From: Geosiphon pyriformis uo1
Taxonomy: Eukaryota > Fungi > Glomeromycota
DNA: 64,000 nt
Direction of reading: 5' to 3'
NCBI GenBank assembly: GCA_016748015.1
Contig: JAAOMT010000009.1
Location: 16,456-80,455 of the forward strand
Each line of letters begins with the position of its first letter. The first letter of the stretch is position 1. The notes beneath the pieces are model-generated. The model saw nothing but the letters and a program-made list of their open reading frames with translations. It was not told the DNA's origin and searched no databases. Of this stretch, positions 22,691-36,917 are shown piece after piece. The position numbers and the translations under genes were made by a program.

Positions 22691-23829
22691 TTTTTTCTCA
22701 AGTTTTATTAATGTGAAAATCAAAGATATTTAGTTATTTTAATTACCTATTCAATATAAATGGATTTGGTTTATTGGTTTATAAAAAGAACAAAAGAAAT
22801 TGTAATTATATTTAATGAAACTTTTGTATTTAATGATGATTATGATTGGTTTTTTAATTTTAACTTGTTATTAATATTTTTATTATAATCGTGTATTTAA
22901 CTTGAATTATAATTTTCAATTATATAAAAATAATTTTAAAATATTAATTTCTTTTTAAATAATTTATTATTATTAATAATATTGTCATTAATATTTTCAT
23001 TTCTTAATTTAAGAGCAAAGTTATTAATAAACTTTTTCATTTGAAATTTATTAAATATTTTATTAAAATAAATAAATAAATAAATAAAATTACAAAATTA
23101 ATTTTATTGAAATAAAAACTGGCTAGCTTTTTTCTTAAAAGTTTAAAGCATTTCAGATTGAAATCTTAAATCTTTAACTTTTTATATTAAAAAAAATTGG
23201 AAAAGATTTTTGTGATCTATTATCTTTATTTTAAAATATATAAAAAGCAAAAATATTATATTGAAAATTTTTTAATATAATAATACTAATTAAATAATAA
23301 AAATAAAAATAAAAATAAAAATACTTATGAGTTCTAAAATATAAATTATTGCTATTAATTTAAAAGTTAAAATTATAGAAAAATTTTAGTTATCATAAAA
23401 AAATTAATAAAAGAAATTAGTTTCAAAATAAATTCATCTCTAAAAATTACAAAAAAAAAAGATTGTAATTGTTAAAATTAAAATAATAATATAAATAACT
23501 TTATGCTGCGATTAACAAGTCCCAAAGTTAAATTGTACATTTTTTCAAAAGCAATTTTATTTATTTCTATTTATTATATACAATAAAAGAAGTCAAATAA
23601 TTGTGAATGAAATTAATTATATTTTAGTCAATTGATTAGATTAATCAATCAACCTTTTGTTAAAAATAGAATTAAGGCTGAGTATAAACCATTAGCTAAG
23701 TAACAAAATACACTAATACATAAAAGATAATATAAAAACTTTTTTATATCAAAAAGTCTCTTGATTATCATTCTAAAAATTGTTATTTGTTTCAAATTTA
23801 TTATGTTTATCCACCATTAAAGTTATCTG

Positions 23830-24234
23830 CTAAAAATAGTGTATAAAATTACCTAACATTATTTTTTCATAATCAGTGAAATCTCCTTCTTCCTCATTGA
23901 TACACGTCTTAGTGTCCCTTAGTTTGCGAGATTTGCACATCCAGTGAGCTCTACTGTCAGGATAATCATGACCTATTTCGTTAGGATTTCTCATCATTCT
24001 TCCGTTCCAATTTCTCCATACTATAAAACCGTCTGCTGCTATTGGAATACCTAGCAACTTAATAGCTGATGTTGTATTCATCCTTACAAGAATATGAATG
24101 TTATAATTACTTTTGCTTCTTTCTTGTTGATTAGTGATATAATCAAAGGAAGTCTCAAAAAACTTTTTCAATAATTGCTAGCAGTTAATATGATTTTGCC
24201 CTCCCTAACCCCTTTTTGATACATTATTACCCAT
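23830..24234 (-). pseudogene. Small orphan gene with two in-frame TAG stops
   Basis: ATG at 24234 reads MGNNVSKRG*GGQNHINC*QLLKKFFETS..., in frame with the 113-aa ORF. Confidence 0.45.
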
Positions 24235-25343
24235 AATAGTTTTTAAGCAAAAAAAAATCATTAACCAACAAAACCTTAAACAAAAAAGATTAAGATTTAG
24301 CAACCTACTTTTATTTTTCGTAAGGAGAATATGACTTATAAACTTATTAATAATTCTTTTAAAACCAAGAAGTTGAAGAAAGAAGACTTAATAAAGAATA
24401 GCATGTATATAAATGCAAAAAAAGTTTCATAAAAGATGACGCAATATATCAATCAATATGGTTGAGTGATTAATTTTAATATCATTCTATTATCAATTAA
24501 TAAAAATAACCTCCTTTTTTATTTAAAGATAATTTAAGTGATAAATTAATTTTTGATTTGTTGGATGATTCTATTATGAGATTCTAGTCTAATAATTAAA
24601 AAATTAAAATTTTCGCAAATTCATATTTTTATTATGCAAAACTTTGTGAAATATATTTTGTATTCGAATGTTAAATGTTTCGGTATTGATCTTTTTTTGC
24701 AAAAAGAAATAAATTTAAATAAATAACTGAAAAAAAATCAATAAACTTAGCATACTTAAGCAAATTATATTTTACCAAATGCTGACCAATAGTATCTATA
24801 TTAAATAGATTGATTTATTTTAATAAATAAAATAGTTCCAAAAAACAGTCTAAACCATTTCTCAATCAATTTTGCTCTGCTGAAGTAACCAAATCGAGTC
24901 CGAAAAAACTTTTTCCCAGTTGGTTAACAAGCCATTTTAGACTAATCTGTTGCTTTGATTGATAATCACTATTAATTTAGCTTAGATTTCTTCTAAAAAA
25001 GGGAATGGTTGCCTTTGTTTCGTATCTGAAATAATCTTTTGCTTTTAATACTTTTTATGGAATGTACTTAAGAGTCTTTGTCCACAATAAAAATTAGTGT
25101 TCTACACCATGCTGAATTAAATCAAGCATAAAAATTTTAGGCTATTGTATACTTCTCAGGTATCCGAAAAAATTGGCCCATTCTGAGTTGTCTATTATTA
25201 AAGTAAAAAAAAAGTACACATGAATATAATACAAACCTTTTTCCCCGCTATCAATTGATGATATACCCCACGGATTTCTAAGGCAAAATTCTGACCCAAT
25301 GATAATCTATCTCATGCCCATTTTTATTCATATCAAAAAGAGT

Positions 25344-27415
25344 TTATTGGGCCTTTCTCTTTTTTTTTTCTAGAACTCTGACACACACCATATTTCGTAA
25401 AAGTTTTTTGAATCTACTCGATTTTTTGTGCTTATTTCTCTTCGATTGCGATTTTGGACTTTCTACTGGGCCTTTTTCTTCTACCTGAAATGTTGTAGCA
25501 TCACTTTGTTCTTCATTTTCTTGCGTTGAGTAATTTGAAAACCTTTGTTCAAGAAGAAAAGGTGATATTTAGAAACTAAAAACTATTTACTTCACAATTA
25601 TTGCAATTAATATGTTATTACCGATTATTATTTACACCTGAATCCGGCGATGCTGGAATCTGTGTACTTGATGTGGAAAGCTCATCATTGATCTGATTAA
25701 TACTAATATTAGTTTGGGAATAGATGGAAGAGCCCGTAAGCGATTTCTGTGAAGTTTGTAAATCGTAAATTGGGCTCAGAAATTTGTTTTTAGAAGAAAG
25801 TAATTATCAGGTAGGACATCAATCAATAAAAATTAAGTACGTTGTCAATTTTCTCTTCCACTTCCTCAAGATCTTCGATAGTCTTGACTGAAAGAATTGA
25901 TCGAGTTTTCTCCAGATTCAATTCATTGTCATTATTCTCAATTTTGATATCGCTTTCTAATTCTGGTAAAATTATATTTATCAGCTAATGTTGCATTGAA
26001 GAGCTATCATATTTCTTACCATTCACTTTCTCATTTTCAAGTTGCTGTTTCTCTTCCTCCTCGTTGTCGGTTTCTTTCACTACAGGGGTCAGCATCATAT
26101 CTTCAAGCCGCTCACATATATTACCAATATCTGGTCGCTTCTCAGCTTTTTCGTTCCAAATCTCAGTAAAGATTCTCGCGAACTCCACAGGTGTACCCGA
26201 AACTGGATTCTCTCGTTTTCCATTGATAATCGCGATCGCAAGACTAATGTCATACGGGATTGTGGAAAAAGGTTGACGCTCACTCGATATTACCCACATC
26301 AACATTGCAAAACTGTAAATGTCTGATTGTTCGTTAAGTTTTATTTTAGGATCTTGCAAAACCTGTGGATCGATAAATGGGATGAATTCTTGCATGATAT
26401 CGTAAGATAAGGAATGACCACTAAACGTGAACGATAGCGGATCGCCTATTAATGCTTTTCCTTCATTAATAAAAATGCTTGATGGATGCTAAAAATGAAA
26501 ATTTAAATGTTGATTTTTGTTTTTATATAAGGAATTGAGTGAAGACCGTGAATTCTAAAGGTTTTTACCAGATTTCGATGTGCGATTCCAGAATTGTGCA
26601 AGTAGGCTAAAGCATTAGCGATGCCTTTGGTTATACGTAATTTCGCGACCCACGACAATTCTTTTGCGCTTCTCTCCAAATATTCATGCAGAGTGCCGCC
26701 ATCTACATGTTGCAATACTAAAAGATACTCGCGTGACTCCGCATCTAAAGATCGAACAATTATGTCATGCCGACTTTTATGGGCAAAAAAACTTTGAAAC
26801 TTTTTTTAAAAGAATCTCACCTTGGGATAAACACAAAAATTGAACAATATTTTCGTGATTGCTTAATTTTTTGAGTGCCAATAACTGAATATAGAAGCCA
26901 CAAGAAAATCAATGATTCCATTTTCAAAAAAAAACCCTAATAGTAACTCAACTCACATCCTCCAAGAGCTGTTCCTTTTTCTTCGCATCCTTTTGAATTT
27001 CACCATCTAACGGAACATCCTTATCAAACTCTGGAAAAATCTTCAAGGCAACGAGCTGAGACTTTAAACTCCATGAGGCAGTTCTCAACGTACTCTTAGA
27101 TCCATCGGCACGTATCACGTCAGAAATTTCCTCAAACTGGTGAAACGGGGTCAATCTCAAATGAAACTCTCTTCTTAAAAATATCACAGCCCAATAATGT
27201 TGTGTTGTATTTGTGGTCTGAGCAACACTATGTCGTCTAGATAAATATGTTCTGTAGTCACTACTAAAACTGCTCGATGAATTGTTTGAACTCGCCAAAC
27301 TTAGGCTTCGTGATAGATGTGTCTCAAAGTTTGATGCTTTACCAGGCATGGTGATGTCTTTATTTAAAGGTATTCCCACAAGAGTGGCTGAAGTTATTGA
27401 GGTTCTGGTCGACAT
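25344..27415 (-). CDS. Tyrosine-kinase-like (TKL) pseudokinase, multi-exon
   Basis: Exons 27415-26957, 26884-26821, 26744-26569 and 26488-26020, then about 3 less certain 3' exons to TAA at 25344-25346. Motifs VALK, HENIVQF, LAYLH...HRNLHPSSI, GDPL, SDIYSF, WVISSERQPF and RP. Confidence 0.85.
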
Positions 27416-28449
27416 TTTTTAATGTATGAATTGAGAAATGATACTATAGAGCAATTAAAGTGAGTAAGAGATAATGCCGTTGAAGTATTTATAACAGATA
27501 GCTGACAACCTATTTTTCTAGTCGAAAGTGGTTCCCATTTATTCCCTATCTTTCTGCAAGCCCCCAGTTATCTACGATTATAGAAACACTAAAACGAAAT
27601 GAATTAATATTATGTTCTTGACAAGCTTTCTGTTTGGTAAACAAACTAAATTCAAGAAGGGTTGTTGTCTAGGTGAAGTCGCTTCGAGAATAACAGATAA
27701 TTGATAACAAAAAACAAATCTAACCCCTAAATAATACTATCAAGGCGACGAATGGCTTAGCAATAGCCTTTATAAGTGTCTCTATGGCAAAAAATGCAAT
27801 GATTGCCAAATGATGAGCTTAAAAGAAGTGTAGGTTGCGATTTCGCAAAAATTTTAAGCGAAATAATGCATGCAAACTTAGTCATGCCTATCTTTCTTCC
27901 TTTACTTTGTCTTACCAGATTTAAATAGTAGCCTTGTTAAGAAACTTCATTTTATAGTTCATAAAATTTGTTTTAAGGATTATTTGATTTTCCCTATTCG
28001 TTTATCCTTACCGAGAAACCATATTTCTTTAACAAAGAGAAATAGACGTTTAGGAAGCAAAAGAATAGAAGAAAATGACAATTTCAACAAATAGTGATAA
28101 TAGATTTTAAGACCATAAGAACGGAAAGCCTGATAAATTTTTTGTTTTTTGCTCTTTAAAGCTTGAGAATTTAAATTACTTGGTTACCGCTGTGGATTTA
28201 TTATTATACATATCGAGATTTTGCCCGAGGCGTATTTATAATTTTCGGAAGTAAGATTTCCATGTATAAAAAAGAGAATAAAATCAGGTGATTACAAGGA
28301 AACTTCTAACATTCAATTAAAGCAGCAGTTAAACAAATAAACAGGCAAACAAACAATACTATCTCAAAGGAAATAAAATAAGCGAAATTAAAGTTAATAT
28401 GACATCTAATTTTCTTTTGGGCAACATGTTTGGCGAGATCCATGGCCGC

Positions 28450-29682
28450 TCATTCGATCAATTCCATAATATCCTCCATGTAATCGATCACTTCTAAGTG
28501 AGTTGTATCAGGAACTAAAGGAGGCTTTGCTGCGTCATCCAAGCTGAGATTCTGATGAAACAATTGCCTTGTATAAATATTCTTGTCAGAGATAAGTGAA
28601 ATAGACTAAGGAATAAATTAGAAAAATAAGATTTTGTCTTTCTGTGTATTTTGAAGATTTTAAAAGAAACAAACCAGTTCATGAACTTTTCTAAGTAGAT
28701 CAGACTCGAAGTCTTGGTTCGTTGCGATTACGAAGTTTCTGGGCGTTGGTGATGGAGAAGGTGGATCATCTTGCGCCAAATCTGGTGGCGGCCAGATAGA
28801 GGATGTTCGATGGGCATGAATACGTGAATTTACGGGCTCCTCTCTTTCGGATTTTCTGGGAGTCGATAATAGTGACTGAGCCATTGGAGATTCCGAAACC
28901 CATCTGTAAGGTTCTTTTTGGGCATGAAGTTCCTTTGGTAATGTAACAAATGATGATTTCCAATTTGGTTGTTTTGAAAAAGCCCCAGTTGTTGACGATA
29001 TGTCTGAGTTTTCATTTTTTATATTACTTTCACTTGGCTAAAAAAATTTTGATTGATAATTAGTTAATCAAAGATTGGAGCATATTTAAATATTATTTCA
29101 AATTTTAAGATACACTATTTGAGTAAGTCTCAAATCCATTCTTTTTGACATTTCTCAAAGAGAAAGCCAAGCGTTTTCGCCAATCACCAGTTGGCGATAT
29201 ATCGCTTCGTCCTCTATGCAACCTCTTCGAACGGTGTCTTAAAGTAGAGAATGTCGCTCCGAGTTTTTTTTCGCTTGGCAACCCAAGCTTTGAGGACGCA
29301 GTAGTTTTGGCTTCGCCCTTTTCATTATTACGAGAATGGTCCAATCTAGGGGATCGAAAAATCTTCGGCGAACGAAACACATTTTTCGAAGTCGTAATGT
29401 CCCTCGCCATCTCGACCATTTTTTGCTCATCGAGCCAAAATTCAGCACAAAAGTTCAAAACGTTCTATTCCTCGGCCAGGTTATGAACAATCAAAGAGAT
29501 TGGATAAATACCTGCATTAGTGCATACTTTTCATTCAATCTACGAGATCTAGCTTTATTTGATTCCGAAGAATGTGAATATTTTCCTCGTTGACGAGGCG
29601 ATGGGCCGAATTCAGAAATAGGGAGCGAAATCACCGAAGTATCCATATCCCTAATTTCTTGCCCTTGATTAGGATAATTCAT
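28450..29682 (-). CDS. Hypothetical S/P/R-rich protein, 4 exons
   Basis: The ORF fragments join through short phase-0 GT-AG introns (...YALMQ|NVLNF...YSNS|PSESN...KVHEL|SISLI...MELIE*). Confidence 0.65.
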
Positions 29683-30542
29683 GCAAATAGAAGCACCTGA
29701 AAATTCCTCTTGCAAAGTTCGTGCACTTGATGTTAACGTAAAGCTAGAGAGCTATCGAATCTTCTAGTAATGATTTTGATAGATTTATTTTACCATTTTG
29801 AGCAGGCGTCATTGATTTGATGATCGTCTGCGAGACCCTGTGTTCAAATTAAATTTGGTCAAAAGACATGATTTTCAAAGGCTGAAAACACCATATTTGT
29901 TTTGTTACTTTGAAAAAGGGACATTTTGTAATTCTCGTTTCGGGGAGAATTCTTCGGGTGACATACTAAAGGAAGTAGAGATAAAAAAGAAAGGGAAGAA
30001 CAAAAATTAAAGCTCATTTGCCTTATGAGAGATAATATCTCATTTAATATATCAGCCTAATGATTTTATTAGGTTCTAATTATCATTTTAGTGATATGAT
30101 TCACGATCTTTAATTCGTTGCGAAAATCTCGATAAACGAACAGACTTTTATCCCAAGGAACCTGAATAGCCATTCAAATTTCTGAATTAAATTTTACTCG
30201 ATAAGATAGGAATATTCTTTTTTGAAATAATTTTAGTCCAAAGGGAATCTTTGGCTGTTAACTTTTTCAGAGCTCAAGACTATTTTAGAACGCATTAAGA
30301 TTGGATGTTCAATTGTTTCGGAGAACAATGTAAAATTTTATGGATAAATAAATTTCAAAGAGCCTTTATTAAATTCATTGTTGATCAAACCTGGTTTTAC
30401 AAAATTTTATTTTTTTCAAAATTTAGAACTTGGCAAAAAATCAAAAAAAGGAATCAACTAGAAATATTACAATTGTTACCAACCAAAAACGACCACTAAT
30501 TCGTTTACTAAAAAAGCCAAATTGCAATAAAGAAATTCACTA

Positions 30543-30782
30543 CTAGTTACGATCTCCACCAGCACCCGAGGTATTACCTCCGGAACCACCCTTGGCACCA
30601 GTGCCAGAAGCGTTTCTCGCCGCGGCGCTTTGAGCGCGAGCTGCGAAACTTCCTTTTGTTACACCGCCTCCACTTGACTTGGCTTGAGAAGATTGAATAC
30701 GTCCGGCCGCACTTGAAGTCATTTGGGTTTTACTGCCACCACCACCACCGCCACCACCACCACTTTTACCTCTGCCTGACAT
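30543..30782 (-). CDS. Small Gly-rich seed-maturation-protein (SMP/LEA-like) protein
   Basis: MTSSAAGRIQSSQAK...GGVTKGSFAARAQSAAARN matches the fungal SMP-domain pattern. Confidence 0.8.
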   Translation of the reverse strand: MSGRGKSGGGGGGGGGSKTQMTSSAAGRIQSSQAKSSGGGVTKGSFAARAQSAAARNASGTGAKGGSGGNTSGAGGDRN

Positions 30783-32559
30783 TTTTGCTTAAAAAATGGG
30801 GAGACTTGTTATAAAAAAGTTGTAAGGGAATTTTACACGAAATATTGAGCAAGACCAACCAAATTTTTAGTTTTGCTTTCAAAGTATAAGTGTTATAAAA
30901 AGGTTTAGGGAAATTTTGTTTTTTTAAACTACTAAACTTCTTTTTCAAGAGCAATACAATGTCATTATATAGTATTTGGCTATTTAAAAAAAAGATAGTC
31001 GCTTTCTTGGCATTCATCATACCCTGTTCATTTCATGATTAAATGTCGTAATCTGGGAAGTTTGTTAGAGGAAAGTCTCATGAGAATTTTCTCAACGTTG
31101 CAAACACAATATGATATATCGCCATCAATTTGATCTTTGATTGATTTTTTGAGGGGTATCTGGAAATATGCAAGATTTTATTATAATTTTCCCTTTTTTA
31201 GAATTACATTAAAAAAATTTTACTTTCAATCTTGCTCTTAATTTTTAGAATTAACAGGCAAATTTTAAAGCTTAATTTGGAGATAATTGGCAGAGTTAAT
31301 TGTATTATTTTTCCTACTTTCAGTGTATCAAAGGGCAAAGCTTCATGAAAAAACGAATTATCATTGAACTGCCTCTATTTCAAATAACAAATAGTTTCGT
31401 TGACAAAAAGGTATCTCAAAATAGTTGCTTAAAATTTCGGATATTAAAGAGCATGTCAACTAAAACTGAAAATCTGTAATGTATCAAACTTTTGTCCCAC
31501 CATTCTTACGGTGTGGGTTTTTCTGATCCCCATATTTGGAGGGAAGCATGCAGGAAAGAGCGGGTAAACATGAGGTTTTCATACTATAATGTGTGTCATT
31601 ATTTCTTAGCTTAATTAAGTTTTTTAGATGCATTAATTTTTCACGGGAAAGCCAACCTCAAAGGGAAATAAACAATTTAAATATCAAATCATTTTTTTTT
31701 CAAAAATCTAGACTAGTGAATCCTTGAAAAAAGCAAAATTCAAAATTGACCTTATCCAAATGAATTGGCCAGGATTAGTATTAAAAAAAATGTCTTGAAA
31801 CTTTCTTCCACTCTCTCGTGATCCTTATTATGGAGAGATTTACAAGAAATTAAAATCAACAAGTTGCCCTTTGAATTCACCGTTTATTTGGGATTTCTTG
31901 TTTATTTGTTTAAGGATATTTTATGGTTCGAGATTTAATGGTATTCTATTATAAGTAAAGAGCATCATCTTTTGAAATGATGATAAAAAATAATGATTTT
32001 AAAAGAATGGATAATTCAAACAAGGATACTTTGACCTCTTAATGATTACACGACCACTTTAAACCTCTTCTGAATCGATAATTCAAATCCTTCATTCAAA
32101 ACACTCTTTCATCTAATTTTTTATTGGGATTTTGATAAACATTTTACCTTGTTCGTCAACAAAATTTAGTTTAAGATCTCACAGATTTCTAAATCGCCTC
32201 GTACACTGCAAATAAAAATTTTCAGAGGAAAACAATTACATCATTGTCAAAGTAAAAGCCAAAACATTAACTAAACAAAAGTGTATTTCATCAAACAAGA
32301 AAATATATTTTTTATGATTGGCGTTTCTTTTTCTGATTCATTTAGATGTTTCCAAATAAGGGGTAAATTAAAACTGTGGAAGAATCAAAAAATAGGGCTT
32401 TGTTTGAAATTTTATTTCAAAAAGAAAACAAAATTTCATTTACATGAGTAAAAGTGTCACATTATTCGAAGACAAAATTTTAATATTTGGTAATCGGTTC
32501 ACTGGGGCGAAAAACAGATGCCCGATTTGTAATCGTTATTTTTTACTTTTGAGGATTAT

Positions 32560-33507
32560 TTATTTTTGGTTAAAACCAGACTTTTGGGCATCGTTAATGG
32601 CAAAATCTGCTAACATGTGTAATGCATTTGGGAATTCATCGTTGGAAGAAGTCTTTGGTCGGTTATCGAAGAATTGTTCAGGAAAAGATGACAGAATTTT
32701 GACGGGGACTATTTTTCGTATCGTGAAGTAAGGATAAAAGAAAGGAAAATTTCGAGCAGATCGGTCGACTTGTGGTTTAACAAGGTGAAAAGCCGAATCT
32801 TTGGATGGCAAAAGTGGCCGAAAAGATGAAAGAAGTTGTGAATTATCCCTTGAGGGATCCTTAACTTGTGCTAAAGTTTTTGCCTCGTAGTTCACGAGTT
32901 CTTGTTTTATAGGTTCTTGGACCTTCTGCGAATGTTCATCATTCAGTTTAAAATGGCCATTGTCAGGAGTCCAAACGTGTGGCATTGATGCAGAAAGTTC
33001 CCACGGTTGGGCTTCTTTGTCTGGGCCCATATGTGAGCGTGGTATAGTTTTCTTATTTGTTGGCTTATATTGATAATCAGGAAATACATCGTTATGAATA
33101 AGATTCCCAATAGCTGCGAGCAAAGTGAAAAAATTTCGTTTTTCTTGAGTTTCTTTTTCCCATTTCACTGATGTTATTCTAGAGATTTCGATGAAAGGTG
33201 TGTCTGGGTGGGCGGCTAAAATCTCTGCCTGAACTTCTTTACGATAAATCACATAATCATTTTGTGGACGTTGTACCGTTTTCTTTGTACGAGTTTTTTT
33301 GCATGGAGCCAATAGTTCTTCGAGTGAAAGAAAAAGCGCAGGAACAGTTATCCCTTTATCGATAATTTCACTTTGGATGCGAGCAGCGGTAAATTCTTTC
33401 CACGGTTTTTCCCATTTCTTAGTTCTCCCGGAGTAAAAACGAGTACCAATATTTTTGAATTTTTTACCAGTTTCTTTTGGTATGGTACGTTGAGTCTTTG
33501 GAATCAT
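32560..33507 (-). CDS. MATA-type HMG-box transcription factor
   Basis: RPQNDYVIYRK...EISRITSVKWEKE...FPDYQYKP HMG-box signature. Confidence 0.9.
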   Translation of the reverse strand: MIPKTQRTIPKETGKKFKNIGTRFYSGRTKKWEKPWKEFTAARIQSEIIDKGITVPALFLSLEELLAPCKKTRTKKTVQRPQNDYVIYRKEVQAEILAAHPDTPFIEISRITSVKWEKETQEKRNFFTLLAAIGNLIHNDVFPDYQYKPTNKKTIPRSHMGPDKEAQPWELSASMPHVWTPDNGHFKLNDEHSQKVQEPIKQELVNYEAKTLAQVKDPSRDNSQLLSSFRPLLPSKDSAFHLVKPQVDRSARNFPFFYPYFTIRKIVPVKILSSFPEQFFDNRPKTSSNDEFPNALHMLADFAINDAQKSGFNQK

Positions 33508-35159
33508 TTTGAAAAGGTTAACTGGAGATTTAGCCTTAGTGAAATAATAATAAAGGTCAAAAGATGTGAGTATAAAGTTTTAAGAAAAGAAGGCAGTGAA
33601 AATCATTCCCCCCAGCGTTCGCTCCTTTTTAAATATTACAATGATGATGGCATATGTTATTGATAATAACGGTCAGTGTGTACAAATACGGTGATTGCAT
33701 CAAATGTTTCGGTAGGCAATCATCTTAATTCAGGTAGAATGGAGCCAGGATGATATTCCACAATTCCCATATAGAGCGATAAAGGCACAATTAATCAACT
33801 AGTTTATTTGAGGCTGAACAAAGCTGTGATTAGATACAAACAATATGCCACTTTCTCACTTTTACGTTTCCTAATCGGATCATGGGTCAAAAAGAAAAAT
33901 GAATTCTACTTTTTTAATAAAATCATGTTTATTAATTCTAAAATCTTTGAATTTACTCTCCCTATTTAAGTGTCTAACTTTTGAATTCCCCAAAGCATAT
34001 TTCCGAGGTACAGATGAATATGCTTATATAATCGATCAATGGTTGTCGTATGGCAAAGAGATAGTTCATTTCAAATATTATAAATAATATATAAATATAT
34101 ATTACTAGTCAACTAACTTTTTGTAGGTTATTTTTTGAATAATTTGAATTGATCGGGAAACAAATTTTTATAGGAGAAAGAGTTAGGGCAGTCGGTAAAA
34201 CCTTCCAAAATCTATAAACAGACGAGTATTAGAAAAACTGGCTCAACTCTTTAATCACCCTTCTTTTTCTTTTAAATCCATTATCTTACCAAGTCTGCGA
34301 CCTATGCTGAAATCCCACCAAGTTTTGTTCTAAAATTTATTCTAACTCTGGAACCTTCTCTTATGTTTCGTTGCATTCAATTCTATATATATAATAACTT
34401 TATGAAATAATCTTCTTGCTGTATCGGGTTGGTCGCTCCCTTTTTTTTTCCAATCAGAATATTCTAACAAAAGAGTAAAAAGTTCCCGATTGAAAATTAT
34501 GATTTTTAAAGATGTTTAAACCGCAAATATAAGTTTTGGGCGTTTGATGAGGTAATTAAACATCATAATTAGACTAACTCACTCCATATAATTATATCCA
34601 CTGTTGTCACCATAAAAGGTGTAAAGAGACGTTGATACTTGTCACATAATTATTTGGTTAAATCAAGTCCCAATAGGAAAAATGAAAAGCTCTCGCGATG
34701 AGATTTTCCCTTAAAAACGAAATATGTCATGATCACACTGAAAAATTATTATCCCTGAAAATAGAAATTTTTCGTTAAAGTATATTGATTTTGTGAATAC
34801 TTTTCAGTTTTCAATATTTTCTTTCTATTGCTCTGTAACTGGTTCAAAATATTATGTTTGAATAAATTAAAATAAATGAAATAATACAGAAAAAGAATAT
34901 TTTATAAATATAAATATAAATTTATACATTTCAATAAATAACATTTTGATGAAAATAATTTTGGACAGAAAAAAATTCATAAATATGAATCAAGATTAAA
35001 ATAAATAAAATTTTGAATTAAGTTTTATTTATTTATTTATTTACTTTAATAAAAAATTATTATTTAAAGTTTTAGATTTTTAATTTATAATTAATTTTTT
35101 TAAAGATTTTTTTTCATAATAAATTATTTCTAACTATTTTTTAGTTTATATTACAAAAT

Positions 35160-35321
<162 letters not shown>

Positions 35322-35860
35322 GATGAATATAAAAATATTTTTTTATGTGAAAACATAATTTATAAAGTATCAAAAATTGATATATACATATAAATATATA
35401 AAGAATTACTTACTGTAATATTTTTAAATAAGTTAAAATTTTAAAAGTTAAAACAGCTGCTTTCTAAATTATAATTTGATGATTATATATGAGTTTTACG
35501 TTAAATTTATAAATTTAATGATAACTTTATTCGAGAGAGTAATAATTTCTGATTTCTAATTTCTAAATGATGCTTAATCACCAATCTCGGTTAAAAAACC
35601 AAAATTACAAATCAAGTTTTAATAATAATAATTGTCAGGAATTATAAATCCTCCGCTGAGAAATTGTCCTCAAAAAGGAATAGATTTGTAATACAAGGAT
35701 TTAACGATTACCAATGCAGAACCGTATTCAACACTAATCGTTCAAGTATAAAAATATCAGTTCGAAGACAAGCTTTCGATTCTCCTTATTATAATAAATT
35801 AAAGTCTTGGGTTTTAATTCGCTAAATGATTTAAAAGGCTATTAGATTGAACTTGATTTA

Positions 35861-36917
35861 ATGCAATATTTTCCTTCTAAAAGTTCCCTGAATTTATTAA
35901 GTACTCTAATAAAAAACTATAATCCAATCGTAACCCAAAAAACTTTTTTTTCTTTCAAGAATATTCGAATCTCTTCATTTCTTTATAGCAAATTTTTAAC
36001 TTCTATCTCAACACAAAATTTCACAAGAATGTCCCCAAAACTTATTCCACGTCGTTCCGAGGATCGCGGTTACGCAAATCATGGATGGTTAGATACTCAT
36101 CATACATTTTCGTTCGCCAACTATTATCATCCCGATTTCCAGGGATTTGGATCATTAAGAGTGATCAATGAAGATATTGTGGCACCGAGCGAAGGATTTG
36201 GGACACATTCGCATCGTGAATTTGAGATTTTTTCTTACATTATTTCTGGAGAGTTAGAACATCGTGATTGTAAGTTTTTTTTAGAAGAATATTTTAAAGG
36301 AAACTGATGAGTATTAAAAAAAACCTAGATTATTAATATATTCCGATACTTTCTTATTTTATATTTATATATATATATAACTTTTAGCAATGGGAAATAT
36401 AGAGATTCTAAAGCGTGGCGATGTTCAATTTACATCTGCCGGTACAGGAATTTCTCATTCGGAATACAACATACATAAAACGCTTCCAGTTCATTTTCTT
36501 CAAATTTGGGTAAAACCAGACACCTCTAACCTAAAACCAGAATATCATACAAAATCATTTTCCGATAATCAAAAAACGAATTCTCTTACTCATTTGATTT
36601 CACCTACCTCTAACACTAGTTTAGTGAAAAAAGAAAATGATTCTACTATTGGAATTCATTCTAATTTTCATATGTTTGCTAGCATTTTACAACCTGGTAA
36701 AATTGTTCAACATATCGTCCAAGGTGAAGAAGATGGAAGAACGAGAAAGTTATATATTCATGTGACAACTACAGGTGGACAAGTAAAAATTAATGGAAGC
36801 GAGACATTGAAAGAGGGTGACGGGATATTTATTACCGACCTAAAACCTAGAGAAGAAGTCTTAATTGAAAGCACCGGGGAAAAGAATGCCGAATTTGTGC
36901 TATTTGATTTAGCTTAA
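35861..36917 (+). CDS. Pirin (YhhW-like bicupin; putative quercetin 2,3-dioxygenase)
   Basis: RGYANHGWLDTHHTFSFANYY, LRVINED, GFGTHSHREFEIFSY, HRDSMGN, SAGTGISHSE and FLQIW motifs. Intron 36270-36387. Alternative start at 36029. Confidence 0.93.
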
